From the IMG/VR virus record IMGVR_UViG_3300043420_001819, positions 19,428-83,427 of that record: a stretch of DNA of 64,000 nucleotides; one strand, 5' to 3'. The notes under the pieces were generated by a model. The model searched no databases, had not been told where the DNA came from, and worked only from the letters and a program-made list of their open reading frames with translations. Positions 29,556 to 40,588 of this stretch are shown in pieces. Each line of letters starts with the position of its first letter. Within the stretch, counting starts at the first letter, position 1. The DNA comes from a virus. The position numbers and the translations under genes are program-made.

Positions 29556-31498
29556 TATAATTCTTTCAAGTTCATACTAATATTTTGACCAGCACCGGTA
29601 ATATATGCTCTTGACATAGAGGTATTTGGTGTTCCTAATATAAGAGGAAGGATAAAACTATTATTATCAACTGTAACGTTTTTATTTATTACGAGGTAAT
29701 TATCTAATACATTTACAATTTTTGCTAAAATTGCTGTATACTCATCTAGATAAATACCTATAAAATCATCAACATTAAATACTCCATAATAAGTATCACA
29801 AGGTATTAGTGAGCTATTTACAACTGAGTCTGTTGTTTTTGTAGCAAATGCCCATAGTGGTTGGTACATTGCTTCATACATACCAAAATATACTGTATTT
29901 TGTACAAACATACTATCCCTAATAGACCCTGAAGTAATTGAGTATTTAACTTCTCTTTTTGGTTTATTAGAAACAAATGTTCTTTTTTCTTTACCAGTAG
30001 TAGTAGTAAATATATTAGTTTTAAAAGAGTAAGATTCTGAGTAAGTATTTTTATTTGGTTGATACGTATATATAATCGTAGGTGAACGCTCTACTTCTAC
30101 CCACCAATAAATACTTGCTACATCAAAGTTAAAATAAATATTTCCACTTACAGACTCATCTCCATCCATTAGTGATGCTGTAATATAAACAGTTACTGAC
30201 GTATTTGCTGGTATTTCATATCCTGGTGTTAGCCCAGAAACTTCTAACCCATAGGTAGAAGGAATATCAAATGAATCAAAATAAATTGACTCTAATCTTT
30301 TATTTATAATAGTTACTTCAATAACTTTGTCAGCTGTTATACTCCCGTATAATAAGTTTCTATTCCCAGGAACAGTAAAAATTTCATTTGCAGATAGATT
30401 AGTTAGAGTATCACCATTAAAAATATAACTAGTATATTCTTCTTGAGTAGACGTTGTAAATTCAAGTCCAGCTATAACTCCAGTATAATACGTTGGAGAG
30501 ATGGTTGTACCAGTACTACTAGTTATAGTACCTGCTACGCCAGCATAATAATCAATAGTAGTATTAAATACTGAAGGAGTTTCCTCCATTACATAATTAG
30601 TATTACTATCTTCTAAAATTTCTCCAGGAGTAGTAATATAAGCATTAACACCCCCAGGTTCAGATACAGAGTAAACAGAAGGATGAGTATTAACCCCAAG
30701 CGTAAACAATAGTGAGTCATTAACTTCTGAAGTTCTTACTAGCTCCCAATTATCAACTGCTATTTTAGAGGTATCTACTCCACCAGTAAGTGAAGTATAG
30801 AACTCAGTTGAAGGAATAACAGATAAAGACCCTTGGCTAGGTTTTTTCCAACCAACAGCAATACCATCTCCACCTCCTACTTCTTCCATCCTACAGCTAA
30901 TTGAGTAGTAGTTTCCAGCTTCTAAATAAATAGTACCAGTAGCAGATGCAGGCCTACTACTATTAAATCCATGGCCACCGTAGTAATAAGCTACTGCAAC
31001 CCCATTAACAATAATATCACATGCATCATCACCATCTACAGCAAAAGTATATAATCCAGTTTCATCTGCATAAATATAGCCATCTACTTTCCAAGAATAG
31101 CTCTCAGCAGGGAGGTATACTGGTTTATTTCCTGTTATACCAAGTATACTTGATTGATTAGTACTTCCCCAAAATACATTATCAGTATGTGTTCCTGTAC
31201 CACCAAACGTAACCCAAGAGTTATTATCATCATAAAAAGCATCTAACTCTGCTGTAGTAGTTGGATGAGTAGTTGATGTATGGGCATACCAAGTATATGT
31301 TAGTTGTCCATTTATAAATTTAGTATATTTACTAACTTGTACATTAGTAGATATTATTGATAAATTATCAGAAGTAGAGGATAGCTCTGAAAGTCCGTCT
31401 ACTTCAATACCTAAGGATAATGCTAGTAAACTAACTCCAGAGGAGGGTAATGAAGAAGACTCTATCCCTTCCGGAAATGCAATTACCGAGTAGGCCAT
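29555..31498 (-). CDS. Virion tail protein with PA14 domain
   Basis: GYIYADETGLYTFAVDGDD...VNG, E.GGGD. Confidence 0.7.
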   Translation of the reverse strand: MAYSVIAFPEGIESSSLPSSGVSLLALSLGIEVDGLSELSSTSDNLSIISTNVQVSKYTKFINGQLTYTWYAHTSTTHPTTTAELDAFYDDNNSWVTFGGTGTHTDNVFWGSTNQSSILGITGNKPVYLPAESYSWKVDGYIYADETGLYTFAVDGDDACDIIVNGVAVAYYYGGHGFNSSRPASATGTIYLEAGNYYSISCRMEEVGGGDGIAVGWKKPSQGSLSVIPSTEFYTSLTGGVDTSKIAVDNWELVRTSEVNDSLLFTLGVNTHPSVYSVSEPGGVNAYITTPGEILEDSNTNYVMEETPSVFNTTIDYYAGVAGTITSSTGTTISPTYYTGVIAGLEFTTSTQEEYTSYIFNGDTLTNLSANEIFTVPGNRNLLYGSITADKVIEVTIINKRLESIYFDSFDIPSTYGLEVSGLTPGYEIPANTSVTVYITASLMDGDESVSGNIYFNFDVASIYWWVEVERSPTIIYTYQPNKNTYSESYSFKTNIFTTTTGKEKRTFVSNKPKREVKYSITSGSIRDSMFVQNTVYFGMYEAMYQPLWAFATKTTDSVVNSSLIPCDTYYGVFNVDDFIGIYLDEYTAILAKIVNVLDNYLVINKNVTVDNNSFILPLILGTPNTSMSRAYITGAGQNISMNLKEL

Positions 31499-31501
31499 TT
31501 A

Positions 31502-32869
31502 TTACTCCACTGCTAAAGCGATTCTATTACTTGTATCCAAAGGAAAACTAAAATATGTTTTTGAGTTTACTGAAAGAGTTGTTGCAACTGCAGGAGTTAC
31601 TCCGTAGTGTTTGAATAAATTGTGTACTGCTCCAATAGGTTTATACTCTGAATTATCTGTAACAGTTTCATTTATACCTACAACATATTGAGTTAAGTAT
31701 AGTTCACCAGTATAATGATTATAACCAGCTGTGGTGTAATTACTAGGAGTAACTAAATCATTATACCCCTGAAGAGCATCTACAGAAGTTGTAGTATAAT
31801 TACCATACCAACTACCGTTATATTTTAAGTAGAATGGGTTTGTCCCAGTTTCCTCTGTTGCTGTAGAATCATTATACCTTCTATACTCGGACCCAGTAGC
31901 ATAAATTCCATCAGTATAGTTAAAGAACTTATCTACAACACCACTATAGAAATATCTATAAGCTTTTCCTCTATCAGTTAAGTGATTTGTATATAAACTA
32001 AAATAAAAATGATTATCATCTATAATAAATGTTAGGTATGATGGTTCTTTTTGGTGATAAAAATCTGGTACTCTCATTGTCCAAAAGTCATAAATAATAT
32101 TATCATTACTTTGAATAGTCCCAGGTTGTCTATCTACTGCTAAATTTGTATCAAATCCACCATTTACATAAAATTCTAATCTACTTTTATCAATATTCCA
32201 CTTAATTGAATAATATACAACAGTACCGTCTGACGTTGTTTTATGGACATATAACTCAGTTTTTCTATTACCACACGAAATATAATCTGCTGGGTTAGTG
32301 ATATATATTCTAACACCTGTACAAGATACATAAGTTCCCGCACCTGATAATGCAATAATTGGGTAATTAGACGGTTTTGTAAATCCAACTCCGTATGTAT
32401 ATGCATAGTTAGTTCCAGCACATGTCATTGTTGGGCTACTTGCAGATACCATATTAACATAATTCCCCTCCCAATCATAGCCCCTTACTGTAGTACTCCC
32501 AGACACAGTACCAGCACTACAACCTTCTACCCAAGAAAAATCAGCTGAAAGACTTAATCCATCGAGTGCTGGGGAAGCAACGTAAGAGTAATAAAGAGCA
32601 TAAAGGGAAGAGTTAATAGATGCATTACATCGTCTAAATCCGAAGTTTTTATCATCACTATCCCCCCCATTAAATGACCCAGTAGTATACTGTAGGTTAT
32701 AATGATAAAGTCTATAAAGTAAACCTATACCATTATCAAATACTTCTTCAGTACTTGACTTATCTATTGTCCAACCAGCGTTTGTAAATTCTGTTTCTAA
32801 AAAATCTAAAATATTTGTTGTTGATACTTTAGCAAATAAGTAAGAATCAGTTTGATGATTAACGTACAT
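31502..32869 (-). CDS. Virion structural (tail) protein
   Basis: Position after tape measure; GW.I.K motif similar to neighbour. Confidence 0.55.
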   Translation of the reverse strand: MYVNHQTDSYLFAKVSTTNILDFLETEFTNAGWTIDKSSTEEVFDNGIGLLYRLYHYNLQYTTGSFNGGDSDDKNFGFRRCNASINSSLYALYYSYVASPALDGLSLSADFSWVEGCSAGTVSGSTTVRGYDWEGNYVNMVSASSPTMTCAGTNYAYTYGVGFTKPSNYPIIALSGAGTYVSCTGVRIYITNPADYISCGNRKTELYVHKTTSDGTVVYYSIKWNIDKSRLEFYVNGGFDTNLAVDRQPGTIQSNDNIIYDFWTMRVPDFYHQKEPSYLTFIIDDNHFYFSLYTNHLTDRGKAYRYFYSGVVDKFFNYTDGIYATGSEYRRYNDSTATEETGTNPFYLKYNGSWYGNYTTTSVDALQGYNDLVTPSNYTTAGYNHYTGELYLTQYVVGINETVTDNSEYKPIGAVHNLFKHYGVTPAVATTLSVNSKTYFSFPLDTSNRIALAVE

Positions 32870-32878
32870 GTATTTTCC

Positions 32879-34381
32879 TTAACTTAATTTAATTGCAAAA
32901 TAGTGATTTCCAACAGAAACATCTCCATCAGCTAATACTACATAATCATTAGCCCCAATAGTGATAATATCTTCTACTGATGCCTGTGATGATGCTACTA
33001 CATAAACACCCGTAGCAATCCCAATAGCATGAGAATTATAAGATATATTTACTGCCGCCATATATGTTGTATTTGAAATAGAAGTGAGACCACTTAATTG
33101 AGTATTAATACTACCAACCGTTGAATTAACATACCCACTATAACCTAATCTATAACTATTATTACTACTATACATTAAGCCACTTCTAAAAGACGTATTA
33201 ATACTAGTCCAAAGGTATGTTGATGTTGTTGTAGTACCTGCAGTAAATACAGCATTACCATCATTCCCTAACGCAGTTATTTTTCCAATATACCCAGTTT
33301 GGTAAAGGGGTGTGCTCCTAATAGCAGTTTCATCATGAAGTTTATATGAAATACATACTCTATCTTGAGATACGACTAACCAATATTTTTTTAATGTAGT
33401 AGATATTGGGCTTACTCCTGCTAAATATTTTTTAGTGCTCTCTAGCCCAGCGGTAGTTGTAACATTTTCTGTCGTACCAAATACAGTAGTATCCATAGTA
33501 TAAAGTGGACTTTTAAGTTCAATATTATTACTACTATTCATACCTATGTATATAGTTATTTTAGAACCATTTGTAGTAGTATTTGAATAGTATCCACCAG
33601 GATACGCTCCAACATTATAAGTATAATGCTCAAATACATTAGCATCTGAGGGTAAAACTTTTGTAGTTTTAAGAGATAAAGCTGTAATCTCTGTTTCAGT
33701 TAGAACTTTATCCCAAACAATTATTTCGTCATATGATGTAGTTGTAGTAGACCCATGAATTTGATAAAGGATACCATAATGCGTATAAGTACTCTCTATA
33801 GAATGTGAATTTATATACGTACCATTAATATAAAACTTAACCTCAGAGTCCGTAGTAGAATATGTAAATGTTAATAATTCCCAATCCCTACCTGTTTTAT
33901 CAGCAAAATAATCATCCATACAGCGAGTAAATGTCTCAAGCCAACGTTCATTAACGGTGATAGCTGCATCTTTTCCAAAACCTAGTCTTGGCCCCATCCG
34001 TAAGGCTGCTGTATTATAAGGTCCATCAATTACTTTTGTAGGATAATATGTTGATGCTGTATCAAGCAAACAATCATCCATTTTTATCCACATAGATATT
34101 GAGAACTCAGTAGGGTATTGAGTAAAATATGCAGCGTCTAGTTCAGCTTTTGTATAATTAGTACTAGTAAAATAATTATCAGGGTTTAAACGTAACCCTA
34201 TTGTATCAGAGTATTTTCCGGGTCGTGTGCTACATGAACCAGTTAAAACAATACCTCTTGATGTAGTTAAAGACCCACATGTTCCTTCTTCAAGTTTTTC
34301 CCAACCCTCTCCGGCTAGGAGAGTGTCTAAATCTGCAAACATTTCATTGAAGTTTTTTTCAACACCTACTATATATGCCAC
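32879..34381 (-). CDS. Virion tail protein with LamG/concanavalin A-like insert
   Basis: FSISMWIK, W...TFTY, KFYING, DEIIVWDKVLT.EI. Confidence 0.7.
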   Translation of the reverse strand: MAYIVGVEKNFNEMFADLDTLLAGEGWEKLEEGTCGSLTTSRGIVLTGSCSTRPGKYSDTIGLRLNPDNYFTSTNYTKAELDAAYFTQYPTEFSISMWIKMDDCLLDTASTYYPTKVIDGPYNTAALRMGPRLGFGKDAAITVNERWLETFTRCMDDYFADKTGRDWELLTFTYSTTDSEVKFYINGTYINSHSIESTYTHYGILYQIHGSTTTTSYDEIIVWDKVLTETEITALSLKTTKVLPSDANVFEHYTYNVGAYPGGYYSNTTTNGSKITIYIGMNSSNNIELKSPLYTMDTTVFGTTENVTTTAGLESTKKYLAGVSPISTTLKKYWLVVSQDRVCISYKLHDETAIRSTPLYQTGYIGKITALGNDGNAVFTAGTTTTSTYLWTSINTSFRSGLMYSSNNSYRLGYSGYVNSTVGSINTQLSGLTSISNTTYMAAVNISYNSHAIGIATGVYVVASSQASVEDIITIGANDYVVLADGDVSVGNHYFAIKLS

Positions 34382-34391
34382 ATTTTATCCT

Positions 34392-37300
34392 TTAACGTCT
34401 GATAGCGTTGTTAATTATTTGTCTTCCAGCTCTTGAGCTAAGGTATTGCTCAATTACTGACTCATCCATTGAGTTAACGATAACAACTTCTGATGATTGA
34501 GCTGCAGGAGCTGCAGGCTGTTTTGAAGCTTGATTAATAGCTTTTAAGTCATTTCGAGAAAGTACATACTCTCCTGTTTGAAGAATAGCTGGAACTTCAT
34601 CTCTTTTCAATCCTGTTTTATTATCGTTAGTTACGTAACCCCCTGTGTGGTAAGTTTGTGCTTTAATCTGTGCAACTTGTGCCATACCTGCAGCTATTTG
34701 CCCTGCTGCAAGTACTGGACCAAGGAATGGGCCACCTTCAGCGAGTGCTTTAGTCGCACCTACATAGGTATTAACAATTGCTTGTGCAACTTGTGCTGCT
34801 TTATATACTGCAAAGGCTGCCTTACTTTTTTTGCCAGATAATAAGTAAAATGCTTCAGCTATTTGTCCCATAGCTCCGAAACCTTTTCCATATAAATCAA
34901 CAGTTCTATTAAACTCTGCTTCTTTTAGTTTATTATCTTTTTCTCTAATAGCCGCTAACTCTGCGGTATGAGCTTCTTGCATTTGTAACTCAAGAGCATT
35001 AATTTCTTTTTGCATTTCAAGTTTTTTCTGCCCTTCAGCCATAGTATCAAACTGTGCTTCATACTCTGCTTTCTGTGCTGCAAGAGTATTATAATGAATT
35101 TGGTATAATCCAATTTGTTCATTAAGTTGCTTATTTAGCTCCATAGTATATAGTGTATAATCAGTATCAGACCCAGCACCAAATCCTACAACTTCTTTTT
35201 CCATTTTAGCTTTAAAAGTTAAAGCAGATATAAGTGTTTGTTTAGCTGAAACAAGACTCATCTGTGCGAGAGCATCTGTTTTTGTATATCCTGCATCTAA
35301 TAATTTTTGAAGCTCATCTAATCTGTTAATTTCAGCAGTATTAACATTTGTATCATTTAAATAATCAAGTGCAGTTGCCTTCAATAATAACCTAGCATGA
35401 TACTGCTCATACGTTGCTGCAGTAATTTGGTTTTGAGTAGATAAAATTTGCTTATCAATATTTGCGACATCAGTATCAACTTTTTTAATTTCAGTTTGAA
35501 GGAATTGAGATTTTTCAAGTAGCTTATTCTTTTCTAGAAGGTCTTGTTTATTAGAAGAATTATGCTTAACGATATCTTTTTCTAATTGATTTTGATCAGA
35601 TAGTAACTTATTAAGGTATTGAGTAGTCTCTGCTTTACTCTTCATTAAATCATTCTGTATCCCACCTAGCTCATTTATTTTTGTAAAAGTTGTTGCATCT
35701 CCATTTTGTAGTGCAGAAAACCTAGATGCTGTTAAAAAACCTTTATTTCTTTCAACATTGTAATCTTTTTGTTGTTTTAAATGCTCCTGAGTTAAATCAA
35801 TTGCCTTTTGCTCATCAATATTTCCTAAATTACTCAACTTATTTTGTGCCGCATCTATATCAAGAATATCTTGTTTAATTTTTGCATAAGTTTTAAACGC
35901 TGCAACTAATCCTTCTAGTTGTGTTCTTTCTTTATCTGTGCTTGCTACAGTATTCTTAATAGCATCTTCTAATTCATTAAATAGTCTAGGTAAATCTTCA
36001 ATTTTTGCTTCTTTTAATTTATTAGAGAACTCAGCTGCTAAATCACCGGCTACTTTACCACCATCAATATTAAACTGCTCACTAACCCAATTAGTTAATT
36101 GTTTTTCTAAGTTAGAGTTCATTTGTATTGCTGTTTGTTTAAAATTTTCTACAGCAACATTACTTCTTTCTGTAACATTAATATTATTTTGATACAAAGT
36201 TTGTATATCAGTTGCAATCTGTTTTAAATTTTTAATATATTCATCAGATACAACCTTTATTACTTCAGTTTGTTTATCAGACAGTTGTATTGCACTAGGT
36301 TGGCTTGCTAAAGGTACTGTACTATTTGTTGATGTAAGTTCTTTAAGATTTTCAACATTTAAATCACCATTTGTATTAATAAGAACTTTTTTAAAGTCAG
36401 GTAACTTTCCTTTTCCCTCCCCTATTCTTATAACAGCTTGTTTCGTTTGCTCATTAACTTCTAAAACTACATCACCTAAACCTGCTATTTCATTTTTATA
36501 CCGTTGTAGTTCATCAACTAACCTAGTAGCTTCTTGTATAGAAGATGTGCCTATTTCAATACCAGGCCCAGATAGGGCTGTTGATGTTTTAGTAGACCCA
36601 ACAACAGTAGACTGGGAAACATTTGCAAGAGTACCACCAGTAATATTTAATGGCATACTAAGTTTTTTCTCAATGTTATCTACTAGGGTTGAAAGTTCTT
36701 TAATACTCCCTGGCTTAAGCCCTGATTTAATAGTCTCTTCGAGTACTGGAATTAGTCTTTGAGTTGCATTAGCAGCTTTTTGACTAGTAACGGCACTATT
36801 TGTGAGAGCATTTGCAGCTTCTACAGTTCTATCTGAAAGCTCTGTAGTAACAGTTGACTGCTCATTTAACCATTTTATTAAGTCAGTCATAGCAGCTTTA
36901 TTTTTTCCACTTGAAAAATCAGCATTTTTAACAATTTCTTGTTGTTTTTTAAGGATAGCAACTTCGTCAGTAATTGCATTTACTAGTAGTTTATTCTTAG
37001 GGTCTGCACCTTTTAAAGCACTATCAAGAGTATTTAACATACTTGTTATAACTTTATCAATCTCTTGTTGTGCTTTTGTTCCTGTTATTGCTGTTAATTC
37101 AGGAGTTTGTCTTACATAAGCTTGAGCATAAGCAGTAGCTGAACCTAAATTTTCTCTAGTATCTAACAAAGAATTTGTAATCTGCAAAGTAGCATTTAAC
37201 TTAGATATTTCAGATTGATTCTTATCAATCTCAAGTGCTATCTTAATTTTATTATTCCCTGTTGCAGTTCTGTATTGGCGTTGTAAATCACGAATTTTAT

Positions 37301-40300
37301 CAGATATTGCTTGAATATTTTCTTCAATACCTAAAGTTTCTATTTCATTTTTAGTCCCTCTAATTGCATCGGCTGCGTAATAAGCAGCAGTACCTATTGC
37401 TGCAATTGCAAGAATTACTGGATGGCGTAATATAGTATTAAGTGCAGCTTTTAGAAGACCAACTGCACCACTAAGTATTCCTACTCCACCTGCTGCTGAT
37501 GCAGCTGCACCACCAAATACACCTAAAGCTCCTACTCCATGTATAAGGAAAGGTGTAATTCCAATTAATACCATATTTTTTAAGGCATTAACCAAACCAA
37601 TTACTGTAGTTGTTGCTGCCCCTGCTTTTGTGATAAGTAACCCTAAACCAACAGTTCCAGCTATAATACTTATATTATTGATAAAATTATCTTTAAACTC
37701 ATCCCAGTTATCACTTACTTTTTTAATTACTAAAGATATTTCTGACATTTTTTGGGTAAGAGATTCAACACCTTTAAATACTATTGGTAAAATATTTGTA
37801 GCTAATTCATTAAATGCTATCCCTAAAGAGTTACCTAATTTTTCCCATGTAATAGCATAACTTTCTGTTACATATGCTGCTTTGTCTACTTCTCCCTTAA
37901 CTCCTGCGTTAAGTTTAGATAAATGTCTAAAAAACTCATCAGCATTGTTTCTTAATAACGTTAAAGACTGTCTTGCTAGAATATCCATTCCAGAAGTTAA
38001 CTGTGAAAAGTCAGCATCACTTAAATTCTTTAATTTATTAATTAGCTCAGTCATTGCTTTATTGGATTCCTTAGTATCCAAATTTAGTCTTGTCATAAAT
38101 GACTTTTGGTTAATACCTAATGAGCTATAGAAATAATCCATATCTGAGGAAGATTCAGATAATGTTGTTGCAAAACGTCTAATTTGAGTACCAATAGTAG
38201 ATGCATTAACCCCTGCATTAGAGAAAGCAGTAGCCATTGCTAGTACAGCATTTGCAGTTATCCCTGATGACTTAGCTGCTGCAAGAGCATAGTTAGATAA
38301 TGTTCCCAAATCTTGAGTAGATAAACGAGATTGATTAGCTGCATAAGCTAATTTATCGGCAAAATCAGTAATAGTATCTGTTGTACCTGTTACTGCGTCT
38401 TTTACATCACCAAATACCTCATTAAAAGTAATAAGAGCACTAGCAGAAGTTGCAAAAGTATCCCCAGTTAATCTTGCCATTTTAATAACGTTTTCTGTTG
38501 CTTCTGCTACGTTATTAGATGCAATACCAGCACGTCCAAGTGCTAGTGCTGCCTCATTAATATCTTTTAAGTTACCACCATAAGTAACAGATAGTTTTGA
38601 CAAATTACGCTCTAACCTATTAGCAGAATTAGCAGACATATCTAAAACAGCTGATAAGGTATGTTGCGCTTGGTCAAACTCAACGGAGTATTCAATACCT
38701 TTTTTCATAGTATTAATAACTTGATAAATACCTGCATATAAACCAGCATAAGCTAAAGCTCTATTTGCAATATTTCCTAACCATTTAACTTTAGACATTT
38801 TAGATAACTCAGCACTAACTTCTTTAGTTCTTCTTTTAGTAGCATCTAATTCTTTTTCTAATTTAATTGTTTCAGAGGTAGCGTCTTGAATAGCGTCTAT
38901 AGGTGCTGATTTAAAACTAGTATCAAATTGTTTTTTTGATTTTTCTGCTTTATCAATAGAAATTTTTAATTCATCTAATTGAGAAATTGCTTCATTAAGT
39001 GTAGAACGAGGAGCCCATTTAAGTTTAGTATTAATTAATCTTTCTAGAGCTGCCTTTTGGTCTCTGTAAGAAGCAAGAATTTTATCATAGTTTTTATCAA
39101 ATTCTATTTTTTTATTAAAAGTGCTCTTAAGAGTATTCATTTTATCTTGAAGATACCCTACTGCCTTAGAATCATTTAATATTTCTGTACCAAAAGCCCT
39201 TAAAGATTGTGTAGTTTGATTATACTCTTCAGGTTTAATAGTACCTGCTTTTAAGTTTGCGGCAGCTTCCTTCTCAAGGGCATTAGCTTGTTTTAATACT
39301 TCTATCTTTTTATAAATTGTAGCTAATTCAGCTTTAGCAAGAGCAGGGTCAGCTGTACCTTGTTGTAATTCTTTAGAAACTTCTCTTACTTTTACTTTTA
39401 ACTGTGATAAAACAGAAAGAGAATCAGGTGTAAACCCTTGTTTTATCCCGGCAATCTCTTTGTTTAATGTCTTTGCTGCCTCCCTAGCATTTACAAAACT
39501 TTTAGAAAGGTCTAATCTTGAAGATGCTTGTTGTACTTCTGTAATAACACTATTTACATTTTTTAAACCGTTTTGTAATGAAGTTACATAAGCATTAACT
39601 CCACCAGTAGATAATTTTGTTGGAGCTTTCGATAGTAGTCCCTCTACCTTTAATATTTCTGCTTGTAAAAGTTGTTTTGCAGCATTTGCTTTGTTAAGGT
39701 CCTCTGTAGCCGCTGAAGGTCCTTTTTTAACTAGTATATTGTCTAAAGATTCTTTTTGCTTTTTTAGGGCACTCAAGGTATCTTCAACTTCTTTTTTAGC
39801 TTCCTTACGAATTGATAATAGATTTTTTTCTTTAGTTGAAAGGCTAGTATATAAATTAGAAGATGATTTTAGAGCAGCTTCTACTTCTTGTACAGATATT
39901 GCATTAGCTGCTAAAGCATCTTTCATAAGGCTAAGTTTATTAACAGTAGAGTCTATTTTTTTGGAATCAATTTGTAGAGAACCAAACTTTGCAATTGCAT
40001 CATCAATTTTTAGTGTTTTATTATATGTATTAGTTAAATGTTTTTGTAAAGTAAATAAACCGCTTGTATCACCTGTTTTATCAATATTTTTACTTAGCTC
40101 AGTAAAATTACCTTTTAAACTACGGATTACTCCACTAGATATACCTAAATTTTTTAAAGAATTAATAAGATTATTAACATTATCCTTAGTACCTTCTACA
40201 GTATAGTTTAGTGCTTGACCTAAACCCTTAAATTGTAAAGTACTAGAACCTACTTGACTTGCTAAAAGTTTAAATCTATTTTCTAACTGTGGTGTTAACT

Positions 40301-40547
40301 CTCCATCTGCTTCACTAATCGCATCTTGAAAATCTTTTACTTTTGAAACAATCTTTTGTATTTGTTGGCCTAATTTATTATATTGTGCAGACATTTTATC
40401 TAATTGGGCTGGATTTGCAGAGAGTATTCTATTAGCTTTCTCTCTTTCCTGCTCTAATGCTGTACCTAACTTAGTAATTGTTCTAAATAGGTCTGGAGCA
40501 CCCTTCTGTACAAAGTCAATATTTAATTCAATAGTATTTTTAGCCAT
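34392..40547 (-). CDS. Tail tape measure protein
   Basis: 2051 aa helical; TP901-type core; hydrophobic segment; C-terminal YHTGGYV...DEVPAILQ.GEYVL. Confidence 0.93.
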   Translation of the reverse strand: MAKNTIELNIDFVQKGAPDLFRTITKLGTALEQEREKANRILSANPAQLDKMSAQYNKLGQQIQKIVSKVKDFQDAISEADGELTPQLENRFKLLASQVGSSTLQFKGLGQALNYTVEGTKDNVNNLINSLKNLGISSGVIRSLKGNFTELSKNIDKTGDTSGLFTLQKHLTNTYNKTLKIDDAIAKFGSLQIDSKKIDSTVNKLSLMKDALAANAISVQEVEAALKSSSNLYTSLSTKEKNLLSIRKEAKKEVEDTLSALKKQKESLDNILVKKGPSAATEDLNKANAAKQLLQAEILKVEGLLSKAPTKLSTGGVNAYVTSLQNGLKNVNSVITEVQQASSRLDLSKSFVNAREAAKTLNKEIAGIKQGFTPDSLSVLSQLKVKVREVSKELQQGTADPALAKAELATIYKKIEVLKQANALEKEAAANLKAGTIKPEEYNQTTQSLRAFGTEILNDSKAVGYLQDKMNTLKSTFNKKIEFDKNYDKILASYRDQKAALERLINTKLKWAPRSTLNEAISQLDELKISIDKAEKSKKQFDTSFKSAPIDAIQDATSETIKLEKELDATKRRTKEVSAELSKMSKVKWLGNIANRALAYAGLYAGIYQVINTMKKGIEYSVEFDQAQHTLSAVLDMSANSANRLERNLSKLSVTYGGNLKDINEAALALGRAGIASNNVAEATENVIKMARLTGDTFATSASALITFNEVFGDVKDAVTGTTDTITDFADKLAYAANQSRLSTQDLGTLSNYALAAAKSSGITANAVLAMATAFSNAGVNASTIGTQIRRFATTLSESSSDMDYFYSSLGINQKSFMTRLNLDTKESNKAMTELINKLKNLSDADFSQLTSGMDILARQSLTLLRNNADEFFRHLSKLNAGVKGEVDKAAYVTESYAITWEKLGNSLGIAFNELATNILPIVFKGVESLTQKMSEISLVIKKVSDNWDEFKDNFINNISIIAGTVGLGLLITKAGAATTTVIGLVNALKNMVLIGITPFLIHGVGALGVFGGAAASAAGGVGILSGAVGLLKAALNTILRHPVILAIAAIGTAAYYAADAIRGTKNEIETLGIEENIQAISDKIRDLQRQYRTATGNNKIKIALEIDKNQSEISKLNATLQITNSLLDTRENLGSATAYAQAYVRQTPELTAITGTKAQQEIDKVITSMLNTLDSALKGADPKNKLLVNAITDEVAILKKQQEIVKNADFSSGKNKAAMTDLIKWLNEQSTVTTELSDRTVEAANALTNSAVTSQKAANATQRLIPVLEETIKSGLKPGSIKELSTLVDNIEKKLSMPLNITGGTLANVSQSTVVGSTKTSTALSGPGIEIGTSSIQEATRLVDELQRYKNEIAGLGDVVLEVNEQTKQAVIRIGEGKGKLPDFKKVLINTNGDLNVENLKELTSTNSTVPLASQPSAIQLSDKQTEVIKVVSDEYIKNLKQIATDIQTLYQNNINVTERSNVAVENFKQTAIQMNSNLEKQLTNWVSEQFNIDGGKVAGDLAAEFSNKLKEAKIEDLPRLFNELEDAIKNTVASTDKERTQLEGLVAAFKTYAKIKQDILDIDAAQNKLSNLGNIDEQKAIDLTQEHLKQQKDYNVERNKGFLTASRFSALQNGDATTFTKINELGGIQNDLMKSKAETTQYLNKLLSDQNQLEKDIVKHNSSNKQDLLEKNKLLEKSQFLQTEIKKVDTDVANIDKQILSTQNQITAATYEQYHARLLLKATALDYLNDTNVNTAEINRLDELQKLLDAGYTKTDALAQMSLVSAKQTLISALTFKAKMEKEVVGFGAGSDTDYTLYTMELNKQLNEQIGLYQIHYNTLAAQKAEYEAQFDTMAEGQKKLEMQKEINALELQMQEAHTAELAAIREKDNKLKEAEFNRTVDLYGKGFGAMGQIAEAFYLLSGKKSKAAFAVYKAAQVAQAIVNTYVGATKALAEGGPFLGPVLAAGQIAAGMAQVAQIKAQTYHTGGYVTNDNKTGLKRDEVPAILQTGEYVLSRNDLKAINQASKQPAAPAAQSSEVVIVNSMDESVIEQYLSSRAGRQIINNAIRR

Positions 40548-40577
40548 AAATAACCCTTAGTGAGTAATAATTATCCT

Positions 40578-40585
40578 ATAATCGT
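40578..40585 (-). promoter_or_regulatory. ACGATWAT putative late promoter (tape measure)
   Basis: ACGATTAT ~30 bp upstream of 40547. Confidence 0.6.
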
Positions 40586-40588
40586 ATT

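Noticed and set aside
34578-40206. Plus-strand ORFs inside the tape measure gene, and similar antisense ORFs elsewhere (e.g. 948, 23863, 45969, 55501, 63730)
   Set aside because: Shadow frames of real genes caused by codon bias; no SD or recognisable motifs
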